Part shown: one piece after another, positions 9,833 to 19,031 of the stretch
How the letters are laid out: every line of letters starts with the position of its first letter
Position numbering within the stretch: position 1 is the first letter of the stretch
NCBI GenBank assembly: GCA_040902485.1
Contig: JBBDXF010000028.1
Span: 33,270-97,269 of the forward strand
Source: Myxococcota bacterium
GTDB lineage: Bacteria > Myxococcota_A > UBA9160 > SZUA-336
DNA: 64,000 nt
Direction: 5' to 3'
Notes under the pieces: model-generated
The model's input: only the letters and a program-made list of their open reading frames with translations
The model's database searches: none
What the model was told of the DNA's origin: nothing
Translations under genes and position numbers: made by a program

Positions 9833-10762
9833 ATGGCGCGCGCGTTCCGCTTCGGGGTGCAGTGCTGGCTCGCCGGCTCGCGCAGCGAGTGGCAGGCGAA
9901 GGCGCGCCGCGTGGAGGCGCTCGGCTACCAGGTGTTCCTGGTGCCCGACCATTTCGGCGAGCAGTTCGCGCCGACACCGGCGCTGCTCTCCGCGGCCGAG
10001 GCGACGCGTTCGATCCGGATCGGGTCGCTGGTGTACGACAACGACTTCCGCCATCCCGCGCTGCTCGCCAAGGAGGCGGCCACGCTCGACCTGCTCTGCG
10101 ACGGCCGCTTCGAGTTCGGGATCGGCGCGGGCTGGATGCGCTCGGAGTACGAGCAGGCCGGGCTCGCGTTCGAGCCGGGACCGACGCGCGTCGCGCGGCT
10201 CGAAGAGGCGGTTCCGCTGATCCGGTCGATCTGGCACGGCGGGCCGGCGAGCCACGAGGGCAAGCACTACCGGCTGGCGGGGCTCGAGAGCGCGCCGCTG
10301 CCGACGCAGCGGCCGGGACCGCCGCTCCTGATCGGCGGCGGCGGTCCGCGCATCCTGCGCCTGGCCGCGCGCGAGGCCGACATCGTCGGACTGGTGCTGC
10401 GCTCGCGCGCGGACGGGAACGGCCTCGATCTCGGCGACCTGTCATCGGCCGCGCTCGACGACAAGGTGCGCTGGGTGCGGGAAGCCGCGGGCGCGCGCTT
10501 CGCCGCGCTCGAGCTCAACACGCTCCTGCAGACGATCGCGATCACCTCCGATCGGCACGCCGCGGCCGCGCGGATCTCCCAAGCCTTCGGCGTGCCGAGC
10601 GACGCGGTGCTCGACACGCCCTACGCGCTGGTCGGCAGCCCGGCCGAGATCGAGGCGCTGCTCCACGAACGCCGCGAGCGCTTCGGGATCTCGTACTACG
10701 TGCTGTTCGAGCGCGACATGGAGGCGTTCGCGCCGATCGCCGCGCGCCTGGCCGGCGCATGA
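9833..10762 (+). CDS. LLM class oxidoreductase, probable F420-dependent
   Basis: PDHF, NDFRHPALLAKEAATLD, GRFEFGIGAGW, LLIGGGGPR. GAGGAG before ATG 9833. Confidence 0.88.
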   Translation: MARAFRFGVQCWLAGSRSEWQAKARRVEALGYQVFLVPDHFGEQFAPTPALLSAAEATRSIRIGSLVYDNDFRHPALLAKEAATLDLLCDGRFEFGIGAGWMRSEYEQAGLAFEPGPTRVARLEEAVPLIRSIWHGGPASHEGKHYRLAGLESAPLPTQRPGPPLLIGGGGPRILRLAAREADIVGLVLRSRADGNGLDLGDLSSAALDDKVRWVREAAGARFAALELNTLLQTIAITSDRHAAAARISQAFGVPSDAVLDTPYALVGSPAEIEALLHERRERFGISYYVLFERDMEAFAPIAARLAGA

Positions 10763-10839
10763 ACTTGTGACGAATCACCGCGCGCATGGATAGAATGCGC
10801 GTACGCCCCGGCACACTCCGTCGCGGGTGGGGAGGTGTC

Positions 10840-12402
10840 ATGCGCGTGCTTCTGATCAACCCCTCGTACCCCTTCGAGGAGTTTCCGCGGCTGCTGGTCA
10901 CGCTGCCGTACGTCGCGTCGGCGCTGCGCGCGCAGGGACACGAGGTGGAGATCCTCGACCTCTTGCTCTCGCGCACCACGCCCGAGAAGATCGAGCGGCG
11001 CATGTCTCGCTGCCGGCCGCAGGTGGTGGGAATCACCTCCGTCACGCTGAATCACCACATCGCCGCGTCGATCGCCGAGGTCGTGCGCAAGTGCGACGGC
11101 GCGGTCCCGATCGTGATGGGCGGGCCGCACGTCAGCTTCGAGATCGACTCGAGCTTCCGCGACCTGCCCTCGCTCGACTTCATCGCGATCGGCGAGGGCG
11201 AGCACACCATGCTCGAGCTGGTGAGCGCGCTCGAGGGCCGGATGGACGTGCGCGACGTGCGCGGGCTCGCGCTGCGCGACGGCGACCGCGTGGTGCGCAA
11301 CTCGGCCCGCGCCCTCCAGGACGACCTCGACACGCTGCCCACGCCGGCGCGCGACCTGGTGCCGCTCGCGCGCTATCTCGCGTTCGACAGTCACGCCAGC
11401 GTCGTCACCAGCCGCGGCTGCCCGTACGCCTGCGTGTTCTGCTCCGCGCCGCAGTGGACGGGCCGCCAGGTGCGCTACCGCAATCCGAGCCTGTGCGTCG
11501 ACGAGATCGAGGAGCTCGCGCGGCTCGGCTTCACCGAGATCACGATCGAGGACGACCTGTTCACGCTCTACCGCGCGCACTTCCTGGCGGTCTGCAACGA
11601 GCTGGTGCGGCGCGACACGGGCATCCGCTGGAACGCCTTCTCGCGCGTCGACACGATCAGCCCCGAGATCGTGGACACGATGGCGAAGGCCGGCTGCCAG
11701 GCGATCTGCTTCGGCGTCGAGAGCGGCAGCCAGGAGATCCTGGACCTGGTGAAGAAGAAGTCGAATCTCGCCAAGGTGAAGGAGGCCATGCGCATGACGC
11801 AGGACGTCGGCATCAGCGCGCTGGCGTCGTTCATCATCGGCCTGCCCGGCGAGACCGAAGAGACGCTGCGCAAGACGGTCGAGTTCGCGAACGAGCTGCA
11901 CTCGGAGTTCGGCTCGCTGTACGGCTTCCACATCCTGGCGCCGTTTCCCGGCACGGAGGTGCGCGAGCGCGCGTCCGAGTACGGGCTCGAGATCCTGACC
12001 GACGACTGGACCCAGTACGACGCGAACCACGTGGTCACACGCACCAAGGGCGCATCGCCCACCGTGATCCAGAAGGTCGCCGACGAGTACGAGGACACCA
12101 TGGAGCGGTATCTGAAGTACCAGGACCACCTGTTCGCGCGCGACGAGCTGCCGCCCTACGAGCGTAAGATGTATCTGCGCCGGCTGCGCCAGCAGCTCTT
12201 GTGGAAGCTCCTGCTCGACGACGTGATCGAGGGCTTGCCCGCCTACCGCGAGGATGCGGTCGGGTCGCTGGTGTCGGCGGTCGCCGAGGCGGCGAACGTG
12301 AAGCCCGACTTCGCGGCCCGCGAGCTCGAGCGCGTGCTCGAGCTCGGGGCGCTCGTGCGCGAAGAGACTCCCGAGGGCACGCGCTTCGCCTGGTCGGAGT
12401 GA
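10840..12402 (+). CDS. Cobalamin-binding radical SAM protein
   Basis: N-terminal B12 domain (VLLINP, GGPH, GEGE); SRGCPYACVFC (CxxxCxxC); FGVESG; GLPGET; PFPGT. GGAGG RBS. Confidence 0.92.
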   Translation: MRVLLINPSYPFEEFPRLLVTLPYVASALRAQGHEVEILDLLLSRTTPEKIERRMSRCRPQVVGITSVTLNHHIAASIAEVVRKCDGAVPIVMGGPHVSFEIDSSFRDLPSLDFIAIGEGEHTMLELVSALEGRMDVRDVRGLALRDGDRVVRNSARALQDDLDTLPTPARDLVPLARYLAFDSHASVVTSRGCPYACVFCSAPQWTGRQVRYRNPSLCVDEIEELARLGFTEITIEDDLFTLYRAHFLAVCNELVRRDTGIRWNAFSRVDTISPEIVDTMAKAGCQAICFGVESGSQEILDLVKKKSNLAKVKEAMRMTQDVGISALASFIIGLPGETEETLRKTVEFANELHSEFGSLYGFHILAPFPGTEVRERASEYGLEILTDDWTQYDANHVVTRTKGASPTVIQKVADEYEDTMERYLKYQDHLFARDELPPYERKMYLRRLRQQLLWKLLLDDVIEGLPAYREDAVGSLVSAVAEAANVKPDFAARELERVLELGALVREETPEGTRFAWSE

Positions 12403-12409
12403 GTGAGTC

Positions 12410-12811
12410 ATGGAATCGCTGCTCGCGCGAATCGGCCCGCTGTCCCACGCGCTGGTGCGCATCGTCGCCGGCCTGCTCTTCGCCTGTCACGGCGCGCAGA
12501 AGATCTTCGGTTTGTTCGGCGGATTCGGCGGAACCCCCGGCGCCACGGCGCCGCTCTTTACGCTGCTCTGGTTCGGGGGTATCGTCGAGCTGGTCGGTGG
12601 TGCGCTGGTCGCGCTCGGCGTGCGCACGAGCATCGCCGCGTTCATTTGCAGCGGGCAGATGGCCGTCGCGTATTTCATGTTCCACCAGCCCAACGGTCCG
12701 CTGCCGATCCAGAACGGCGGCGAGCTCGCGGCGCTCTACGCGTTCGTGTTCCTGTTTCTCGCGGCTCGAGGACCCGGCCCGCTCGCGCTCGAGCGCGGCG
12801 GATCCAGATGA
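12410..12811 (+). CDS. DoxX family membrane protein
   Basis: RIVAGLLFACHGAQK, ELVGG, GQMAVAYF, NGGEL, GPG; four hydrophobic segments. Confidence 0.88.
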   Translation: MESLLARIGPLSHALVRIVAGLLFACHGAQKIFGLFGGFGGTPGATAPLFTLLWFGGIVELVGGALVALGVRTSIAAFICSGQMAVAYFMFHQPNGPLPIQNGGELAALYAFVFLFLAARGPGPLALERGGSR

Positions 12812-12825
12812 GAGGAGGATCGGTC

Positions 12826-14211
12826 GTGATCAAGACTTCGTTGCTCGCAGTCGCCGTCCTGGTCGGGGTGCCGCTGCTCGGGTTCGCGCAGCAGGCCGAG
12901 AAGCGCACGTCGAGCTACGCGCCCGTCGACAACAAGGAGAGCTTCGCGACGGTCGAGTCGCGCATGAAGTCCGCGAAGGCCGCGGTGATGAAGCGGCAGA
13001 TGGACCTGTTGAATCAGCGCTATGACCTCGCCAACCGCCCGGCCTCGGGCGTCACGATGTCCAAGGGCAAGGCGATCCAGGACGGAGTGCGCGTGAAGCT
13101 CTCCAGCGGAACGACGTGGGACGGGCTCGCGGCGCTCGCACCGAGCGAGATCCGCGAGAAGGACCTGTGGCCGGCGGGGCTCTTTCCCTTGCCGCATCCG
13201 AATCACCCGGAAGGCGGCATGACCTTCCCCAAGTTCGAGATCGACGAGATCAAGAAGCAGGAGGGCCGTGACCTCACGCGCTTCGATCTCGATTTCGACA
13301 TCCCCGACCACTTCCTGCCCGAGTTCCCGGCGCCCATCTATCTGACCACGCGGCCCGACCTGGGGGACGTCTCGAAGGGGAAGCTCGTCACGATCGACAA
13401 CTACTACGAGCTGTTCAACGGCATCCTGAACCCGAAGCAGATCGAGGGCCTCCGGCTGCTCGTGACTCCGTTCCCGCAGCAGCAGTTCAACCAGACCGAG
13501 GACCGGCGTTCGTCACGCCCGAGCCGGGGCGTGGCGTGCCTCGACTGTCACCAGAACGGCCACACGAACGCCGCGACGCACCTGGCCGGTGACGTGCGCC
13601 CGCAGGAGCTCCGCCACCGCATCGACACGCCCACGCTTCGTGGCGTGAACATCCAGCGCCTGTTCGGCTCGCAGCGCGCGCTGAAGTCGGTCGAGGACTT
13701 CACCGAGTTCGAGCAGCGCGCCGCGTACTTCGACGGCGATCCCGTGATCGCGACGAAGAAGGGCGTGAACATCCTCGAGCGCGGCAGCCAGGTCCACTTC
13801 ATGGGCGAGCTCCAGGCGTTGCTCGACTTCCCGCCCGCGCCGAAGCTCGGCGTCGACGGCAAGCTCGACCCGACGAAGGCGAGCGAGTCGGAGCTGCGCG
13901 GACAGGCGCTCTTCTTCGGCAAGGCGGAGTGCGGCACGTGCCATCCCGCGCCGTACTACACCGACAACCTGATGCACAACCTGCAGGTCCAGCGCTTCTA
14001 CAAGCCGCGAGTGATCAACGGCCGCATGGCCAACGCCGACGGACCGATCAAGACGTTCCCCCTGCGCGGAATCAAGGACTCGCCGCCGTACCTCCACGAC
14101 GACCGCCTGCTCACCCTCGACGACACGGTCGAGTTCTTCAACCTGGTGCTCGAGACCAAGCTCAGCGCGGAGGAGAAGAAGGACCTCGTGGCGTTCATGC
14201 GACAGCTCTGA
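12826..14211 (+). CDS. Exported di-haem c-type cytochrome (cytochrome c peroxidase-like fold)
   Basis: Signal peptide; two CxxCH motifs (CLDCH, CGTCH); TPTLRG; PPYLHDD. Start GTG 12826 after GGAGG, or ATG 12808. Confidence 0.85.
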   Translation: MIKTSLLAVAVLVGVPLLGFAQQAEKRTSSYAPVDNKESFATVESRMKSAKAAVMKRQMDLLNQRYDLANRPASGVTMSKGKAIQDGVRVKLSSGTTWDGLAALAPSEIREKDLWPAGLFPLPHPNHPEGGMTFPKFEIDEIKKQEGRDLTRFDLDFDIPDHFLPEFPAPIYLTTRPDLGDVSKGKLVTIDNYYELFNGILNPKQIEGLRLLVTPFPQQQFNQTEDRRSSRPSRGVACLDCHQNGHTNAATHLAGDVRPQELRHRIDTPTLRGVNIQRLFGSQRALKSVEDFTEFEQRAAYFDGDPVIATKKGVNILERGSQVHFMGELQALLDFPPAPKLGVDGKLDPTKASESELRGQALFFGKAECGTCHPAPYYTDNLMHNLQVQRFYKPRVINGRMANADGPIKTFPLRGIKDSPPYLHDDRLLTLDDTVEFFNLVLETKLSAEEKKDLVAFMRQL

Positions 14212-14250
14212 GACGCCCGAGCTCGAGGAGCGCTCTGTACCCGAACGCGC

Positions 14251-14598
14251 ATGCGCCGAAGACCTGACGCCGCGCTCCGAGGGTTTCTCGAGGCGTACGA
14301 TCCGGCCGTCCGACGTCTCTACCTTTCTGCGCGCGCGGCGGTGCTCGACGCTGCGCCCGACGCGAACGAGCTGATCTACGACGCGTACAACGCGGTGACC
14401 ACCGCGTACTCGTTCAGCGAGAGCCTGGGCGAAGCGTTCTGCCACGTCGCCGCGTACCGCGTGTACGTGAATCTCGGCTTCAACCGCGGCGCGAGCCTGA
14501 CGGATCCCGAGCGGATCCTGGTGGGGAAGGCCGCGCGCATCCGGCACGTGCGGATCGCGTCGGCCGCGGACCTCGCGAAGCCCGCGCTCCGCGCGTTG
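14251..14598 (+). pseudogene. DUF1801-like protein, C-terminally truncated and running on out of frame (ORF to 15066)
   Basis: ELIYDAYNAV, VNLGFNRG, LTDPERILVG, RHVRI resemble DUF1801. Protein-like sequence ends abruptly at about 14598. Confidence 0.6.
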
Positions 14599-14599
14599 T

Positions 14600-15755
14600 G
14601 TCACACCGGCGTTCGCGCAGCTGACGGATGTCACGCAAACGCCGAACGTCGAGAACGAGGGCGTTCACAAGTCGCTCGCCCAGCAGATCGGCGCCGGTCG
14701 CGGCAACGCGCTCACGCCCGATTCGTCGCTCTACATCATCCAGCGCGACCCGTTCCGCTCGATCCGGCGCGGACGCCAGCTGTTCCAGCGCAAGTTCACG
14801 ATCGCGCAGGGCGCGGGGCCGCGCTCCAGGGACGGGATCCACGACGACATCAACGGCGATCCGTCGCCCGGTGCGGGCCTGGTCGACAGCTGCGCCGGCT
14901 GTCACGGTCGGCCGCGCGGCTCGGCGGGCTTCGGCGGCGACGTGTTCACGCGTCCCGACAGCCGCGACGCGCCTCATCTGTTCGGGCTGGGACTGGTGGA
15001 GATGCTCGCGGACGAGATGACCACCGAGCTGCGGAAGCAAGGTCGACGAGATGCCGACGGCGCTGATCGGTCACATGGAGTTCTACCTGCTGAACTATTT
15101 CAAGGCGGGCAAGGGCCAGGAGACGCGTTCGTCGCGCACGGGACGCTCGGCGTTCTCGATGGTGGGCTGCGCGTCGTACCACACGCCGAATCTCACGATC
15201 GAGTCGGATCGGCGCGTCGCGGACGTCGAGACCGTCTTCGATCCGGAGCGCGGCCACTTCAACCGCCTGTTCTCGACCGCGACCGCGCTGCTCACGCCGA
15301 TCGACGACGGTTCCGGACAGCCCCCGATCAAGCGGCCGCAGCGGCGCTCGTTCGTGGTGCGCGACATCTTCGCGGACTTCAAGCGACACGATCTCGGTCC
15401 GGGCTTTCACGAGCGGAACTTCGATGGCCAGATCCGCACGCACTTCATGACCGAGCCGCTCTGGGGTGTCGGATCGACGCCGCCGTACGGGCACGACGGC
15501 CGCAGCATCAACCTGCTCGAGGTGATCCTGCGTCACGGCGGCGAGGCCAGGAGCTCGCGCGACGCGTTCGCGGCGCTGCCTTCGGACACGCGCAACTCGA
15601 TCATCGACTTCCTCGACACGCTCGTGCTCTTCCCGCCGGACGACACCGCCTCGAATCTCGATCCGGGTGATCCGAGCCATCCGTCGTTCCCGCAGCGCGG
15701 TCACGGCTCGATCAAGCTCGGCGTCCTGTTCAACAATCCGAACGACGCGGAGTAG
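14600..15755 (+). pseudogene. Di-haem oxidoreductase-like exported protein, broken
   Basis: Frame from 14600 reads VTPAFAQLTD...DSCAGCH...APHLFGLGLVEMLADE with no start codon. It shifts frame at about 15041 into VDEMPT...GCASYH...PLWGVG...YGHDGRS...ILRHGGEA. Confidence 0.75.
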
Positions 15756-15759
15756 CGGC

Positions 15760-15792
15760 GACCGGCGGCGGCCTGCGTTGCCGCCGCCGGTC
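15760..15792 (+). terminator. Perfect 13-bp stem-loop, putative terminator or RNA-stabilising hairpin
   Basis: GACCGGCGGCGGC-ctgcgtt-GCCGCCGCCGGTC just after the TAG ending at 15755. No clear U-tract. Confidence 0.55.
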
Positions 15793-15812
15793 CGTTCACG
15801 TAGCCTCGCCGC

Positions 15813-16382
15813 GTGTCGAGACCGAACGGATCGAGCGCGATCGCGGGAGCCGTGCTCGCGGTCAGCCGCAGCGCGGCGCACTCCGTGTCGAAGCGAAATC
15901 ACGCGAGCATCCGGCTCGAGGCGGGCCTCGGCGTCGCGGACGACGCGCATCGCGGGGTGACGGTGCAGCACCTCTCCCGCATCGCGCGCGATCCGACCAC
16001 GCCGAACTACCGACAGGTACACCTGATCCACGCGGAGCTCCTCGACGAGCTCGCGGCCTCGGGCTTCGCGATCGAGCCGGGTCGGATGGGCGAGAACGTG
16101 ACCACGCGCGGCGTCGACCTGCTCGCGCTGCCGACGGGCTCGCGGCTGCGTCTCGGAAGCGACGCTCTGGTCGAGGTGACGGGCCTGCGCAATCCGTGCC
16201 TGCAGCTCGACGGCATCGCGCCCGGGCTGATGAAGGCGACGCTCGCGCGCGACGCGTCCGGCGGACTGGTGCGCAAGGCGGGTATCATGGGGATCGTGGT
16301 CGCCGGCGGTGACGTTCGTCCGGGCGATGCGATCGGGATCGAGCTTCCGCCGTTCCCGCATCGCGCGCTCGAGCCGATCTGA
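15813..16382 (+). CDS. MOSC domain protein
   Basis: DAHRG, RQVHL, GENVTTRG, VTGLRNPC, VRPGD. Confidence 0.9.
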   Translation: MSRPNGSSAIAGAVLAVSRSAAHSVSKRNHASIRLEAGLGVADDAHRGVTVQHLSRIARDPTTPNYRQVHLIHAELLDELAASGFAIEPGRMGENVTTRGVDLLALPTGSRLRLGSDALVEVTGLRNPCLQLDGIAPGLMKATLARDASGGLVRKAGIMGIVVAGGDVRPGDAIGIELPPFPHRALEPI

Positions 16383-16415
16383 GCGAGGCCGACCCGATCT
16401 CGAGGGAGGAACGCC

Positions 16416-17291
16416 GTGGCGTGCGCCGTACGCGAGCTGAAGCCGGCCGACGTGCCGGCCTGCGCGCGGATCCTCGCGGGACTGCCGGACTGGTTCGGGC
16501 TCGAGGCGTCGAATCGCGCGTACGTCGAGAGCCTGTCGCGGCTGCCGGGCGCGGTCGCGGAGTCGGACGGGCGCATCGTCGGCTTCGCCGCGATCGAGCT
16601 GCACAATCCGGTGTCGGCCGAGATCCACGTGATGGGGGTCGAGCGCGACAAGCACCGGCAGGGGATCGGCCGCGAGCTCGTGCGCTGGACCCGCCAGGTC
16701 GGCCGCGCGCGCGGCGCGAAGTGGCTGCACGTGAAGACGCGCGGACCGTCGACGCCCGATCCCGAGTACGAGCGCACGCGCGCCTTCTACCTGGCGCAGG
16801 GCTTCGAGCCGCTGTTCGAATCGCGCACGCTGTGGGGCGAGGAGAACGCCGCGCTGATCCTGGTCGCCTCGCTCGCGCCGGCGGCCGAGGTCCTCGCCTG
16901 GCGCGAGTCCGTCGTGCGGCGCCACATGGAGTCCGAGAACGAGCACGACTTCGACGCCACGATCGAGACGTTCTCGCACCCGCGCTACGAGCTGATCGCG
17001 ACCGACCAGGTGCACGACGGCGAGGCGGCGGTGCGCGAGTACTTCCGCGCCTCGCGCGCCGCGTTTCCCGATCAGCGCAACGAGCTGATCTCGCTGCGCC
17101 ACTCCGACGACGCGGTGCTCGTGGAGCTCTGGCTGCTCGGCACGCACACCGGCCGGCTCGGCGCGCTCGAGCCCAGCGGCCGCGCCTTCCGCACGCGCAT
17201 GATGGCGTACTTCATCTTCGACGAGCACGGCATCGTGTGCGAGCGCGTCTACTTCGACTCCGGGAGCATCCTCCGACAGATTGCAGTGTAG
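16416..17291 (+). CDS. GNAT acetyltransferase fused to a SnoaL-like/ester-cyclase domain
   Basis: GNAT half: HRQGIGREL, RAFYLAQGF. SnoaL half: AFPD, GTHTG, PSGRAF, ERVYFD. Confidence 0.8.
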   Translation: MACAVRELKPADVPACARILAGLPDWFGLEASNRAYVESLSRLPGAVAESDGRIVGFAAIELHNPVSAEIHVMGVERDKHRQGIGRELVRWTRQVGRARGAKWLHVKTRGPSTPDPEYERTRAFYLAQGFEPLFESRTLWGEENAALILVASLAPAAEVLAWRESVVRRHMESENEHDFDATIETFSHPRYELIATDQVHDGEAAVREYFRASRAAFPDQRNELISLRHSDDAVLVELWLLGTHTGRLGALEPSGRAFRTRMMAYFIFDEHGIVCERVYFDSGSILRQIAV

Positions 17292-17332
17292 ATCCGAGCC
17301 ACGGGTGCTACGATCGATTCGGAGGTGGGACC

Positions 17333-17569
17333 ATGAAGCTCGTACGAACTCTCGCGCTGGGGTTGGCCGTGCTCGCGTTCACGGCTTGTGAGGAGAAGAG
17401 CGCCGCCGACAAGGCCGCGGACGCGGTGAACGACGCGCTCGATCGACGACCCGGCGAGGCCGTGCAGGACGCGGTCGAGGACGTCTCGGCCGGCGCTCAG
17501 GACGCCGCCAAGGAAGCCGAGGAAGCGGCGAAGAAGGCCGCGGAGAAGGCCGCCGAAACCGTGCAGTAG
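17333..17569 (+). CDS. Small Ala/Glu/Lys-rich lipoprotein
   Basis: GGAGG RBS; MKLVRTLALGLAVLAFTAC lipoprotein signal; helical low-complexity body. Confidence 0.8.
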   Translation: MKLVRTLALGLAVLAFTACEEKSAADKAADAVNDALDRRPGEAVQDAVEDVSAGAQDAAKEAEEAAKKAAEKAAETVQ

Positions 17570-17602
17570 CGCGCGCTACGGAGTCACCGGAAGGGAGGGC
17601 GC

Positions 17603-17851
17603 ATGTCGCTTCTGTGGTTTCTGCTGATCGGTCTCGCGGCCGGCTGGCTGGCCGGCCAGATCATGAAGGGCGGCGGCTTCGGCTTGGTCGGCGACCTGAT
17701 CGTCGGCGTGATCGGAGCGCTGCTTGGCGGCTTCCTGTTCGGAGTCCTCGGGCTCAGCGCGGGTGGGCTGCTCGGCAGCCTGGTCATGGCGACCGTCGGA
17801 GCGATCGTGCTGATCTGGCTGTTGCGCTTCTTGAAGCGCGCGCCCGGTTAG
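17603..17851 (+). CDS. GlsB/YeaQ/YmgE family stress-response membrane protein
   Basis: IGLAAGWLAG, GVIGALLGG, ATVGAIVL. GGAGG RBS. Confidence 0.92.
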   Translation: MSLLWFLLIGLAAGWLAGQIMKGGGFGLVGDLIVGVIGALLGGFLFGVLGLSAGGLLGSLVMATVGAIVLIWLLRFLKRAPG

Positions 17852-17949
17852 AATCCGCGGCGGGCCCGACATCACACCACGTTCTGCCGCCTGCTCGACG
17901 CGCGGCGGCGCTTCGTTCCGCCCGCGCAGCCCGGCTACAACTACGGCGA

Positions 17950-18954
17950 CTAGCCGAGCAGCGCCCGCGCGCGCTCGAGCAGTGGCACGATCGAGCGGCC
18001 GGTGATCTCCCAGAGCGGATCGTGGCGCTTGCCGCGCCGGTGCAGACCCAGGTTCAAGCCCGTGATGATCGCGAACTTGTACGCCGCCAGCGCCCGGAAC
18101 CAGCCGAGGTCCGGGAGCGGGTCGCCCCAGGCCTTGGCGTAGAGCTCGAGCAGCTCGTCGGCGGGGATCAGCACGGGCGTGGGCGCGCCGTCGCTCGCCC
18201 AGGCGCCCGGGTCGTTGAAGGTGGCGACCCAACCGACATCGTTCAGTGTCGCGCCGATCCCGCACAGCTCCCAGTCGATCACCGCGAGCAGGCGCCCCTC
18301 CATCGACCAGAAGGTGTTCATCCAGTTGTAGTCGCCGTGGAAGAGACCGACCGGCGCGTCGCGCGGAATCCGCGCCAGCAGCCTCGCGCGCACCTCGGGC
18401 TGCAGCGCCATCGACTCGGGGTCGGCGGCGCGTTCGACGAAGCGGTCCCAGCGCGCGACGTCGTCCTCGCACGGGATCGGGTCGCCGAGGTACGCGAGCT
18501 GCTCGCGCCACTCGACGCGATGGATGCCCGCGAGCGCCGTCATGGCCTGGTTCGCCAGCTCGCGGCGCTGCTGGTGCGTCAGCTTCTCGCCCCACTGGCC
18601 CGGGCCGAAGCGCAACACGTCGCCCTCGAGCTTCGGCACCGCGAAGTACGGGCGCCCGAACCACTCGAGGTCCGCGCCGGCCCACTTCACCGAGCAGTGT
18701 GGGACCGGGCCGCCGTCGAGCGCGCGCAGCGCGGCGACCTGGCGCAGCACGTCCGCGGTGCCCTTCCACTGCACGTTCGGCGGCGGCAGGCGCAGGAACC
18801 AGCTCTCGGTGCGGCCGCGCGAATCGACCGTGAAGCCGTACGAGAAGCCCGCGTGCCCGGGCATCATGTGAACGTCGCGTACCTGCGCTTCGGGGTCTTC
18901 GTACTTCGCGCGCGCGAACGGCACGAGGCGCGCTTCCAGCTCGGCGAGCTGCAT
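17950..18954 (-). CDS. Phosphotransferase (APH/ACAD10-like) family protein
   Basis: LRLPP, FHGDY, VIDWEL. AAGGAG RBS. Confidence 0.9.
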   Translation of the reverse strand: MQLAELEARLVPFARAKYEDPEAQVRDVHMMPGHAGFSYGFTVDSRGRTESWFLRLPPPNVQWKGTADVLRQVAALRALDGGPVPHCSVKWAGADLEWFGRPYFAVPKLEGDVLRFGPGQWGEKLTHQQRRELANQAMTALAGIHRVEWREQLAYLGDPIPCEDDVARWDRFVERAADPESMALQPEVRARLLARIPRDAPVGLFHGDYNWMNTFWSMEGRLLAVIDWELCGIGATLNDVGWVATFNDPGAWASDGAPTPVLIPADELLELYAKAWGDPLPDLGWFRALAAYKFAIITGLNLGLHRRGKRHDPLWEITGRSIVPLLERARALLG

Positions 18955-19031
18955 CGATCGCTCCTTCCCGCACGCATCATACCCTCCGGCTGGTCGTGGC
19001 TCGCGGCGGCGCGTACCCTGCGCGCCCGGGC

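Noticed and set aside
17849-17851. Pyrrolysine or programmed read-through of the glsB-like TAG
   Set aside because: The protein is complete at its normal length and no pyl genes are visible.
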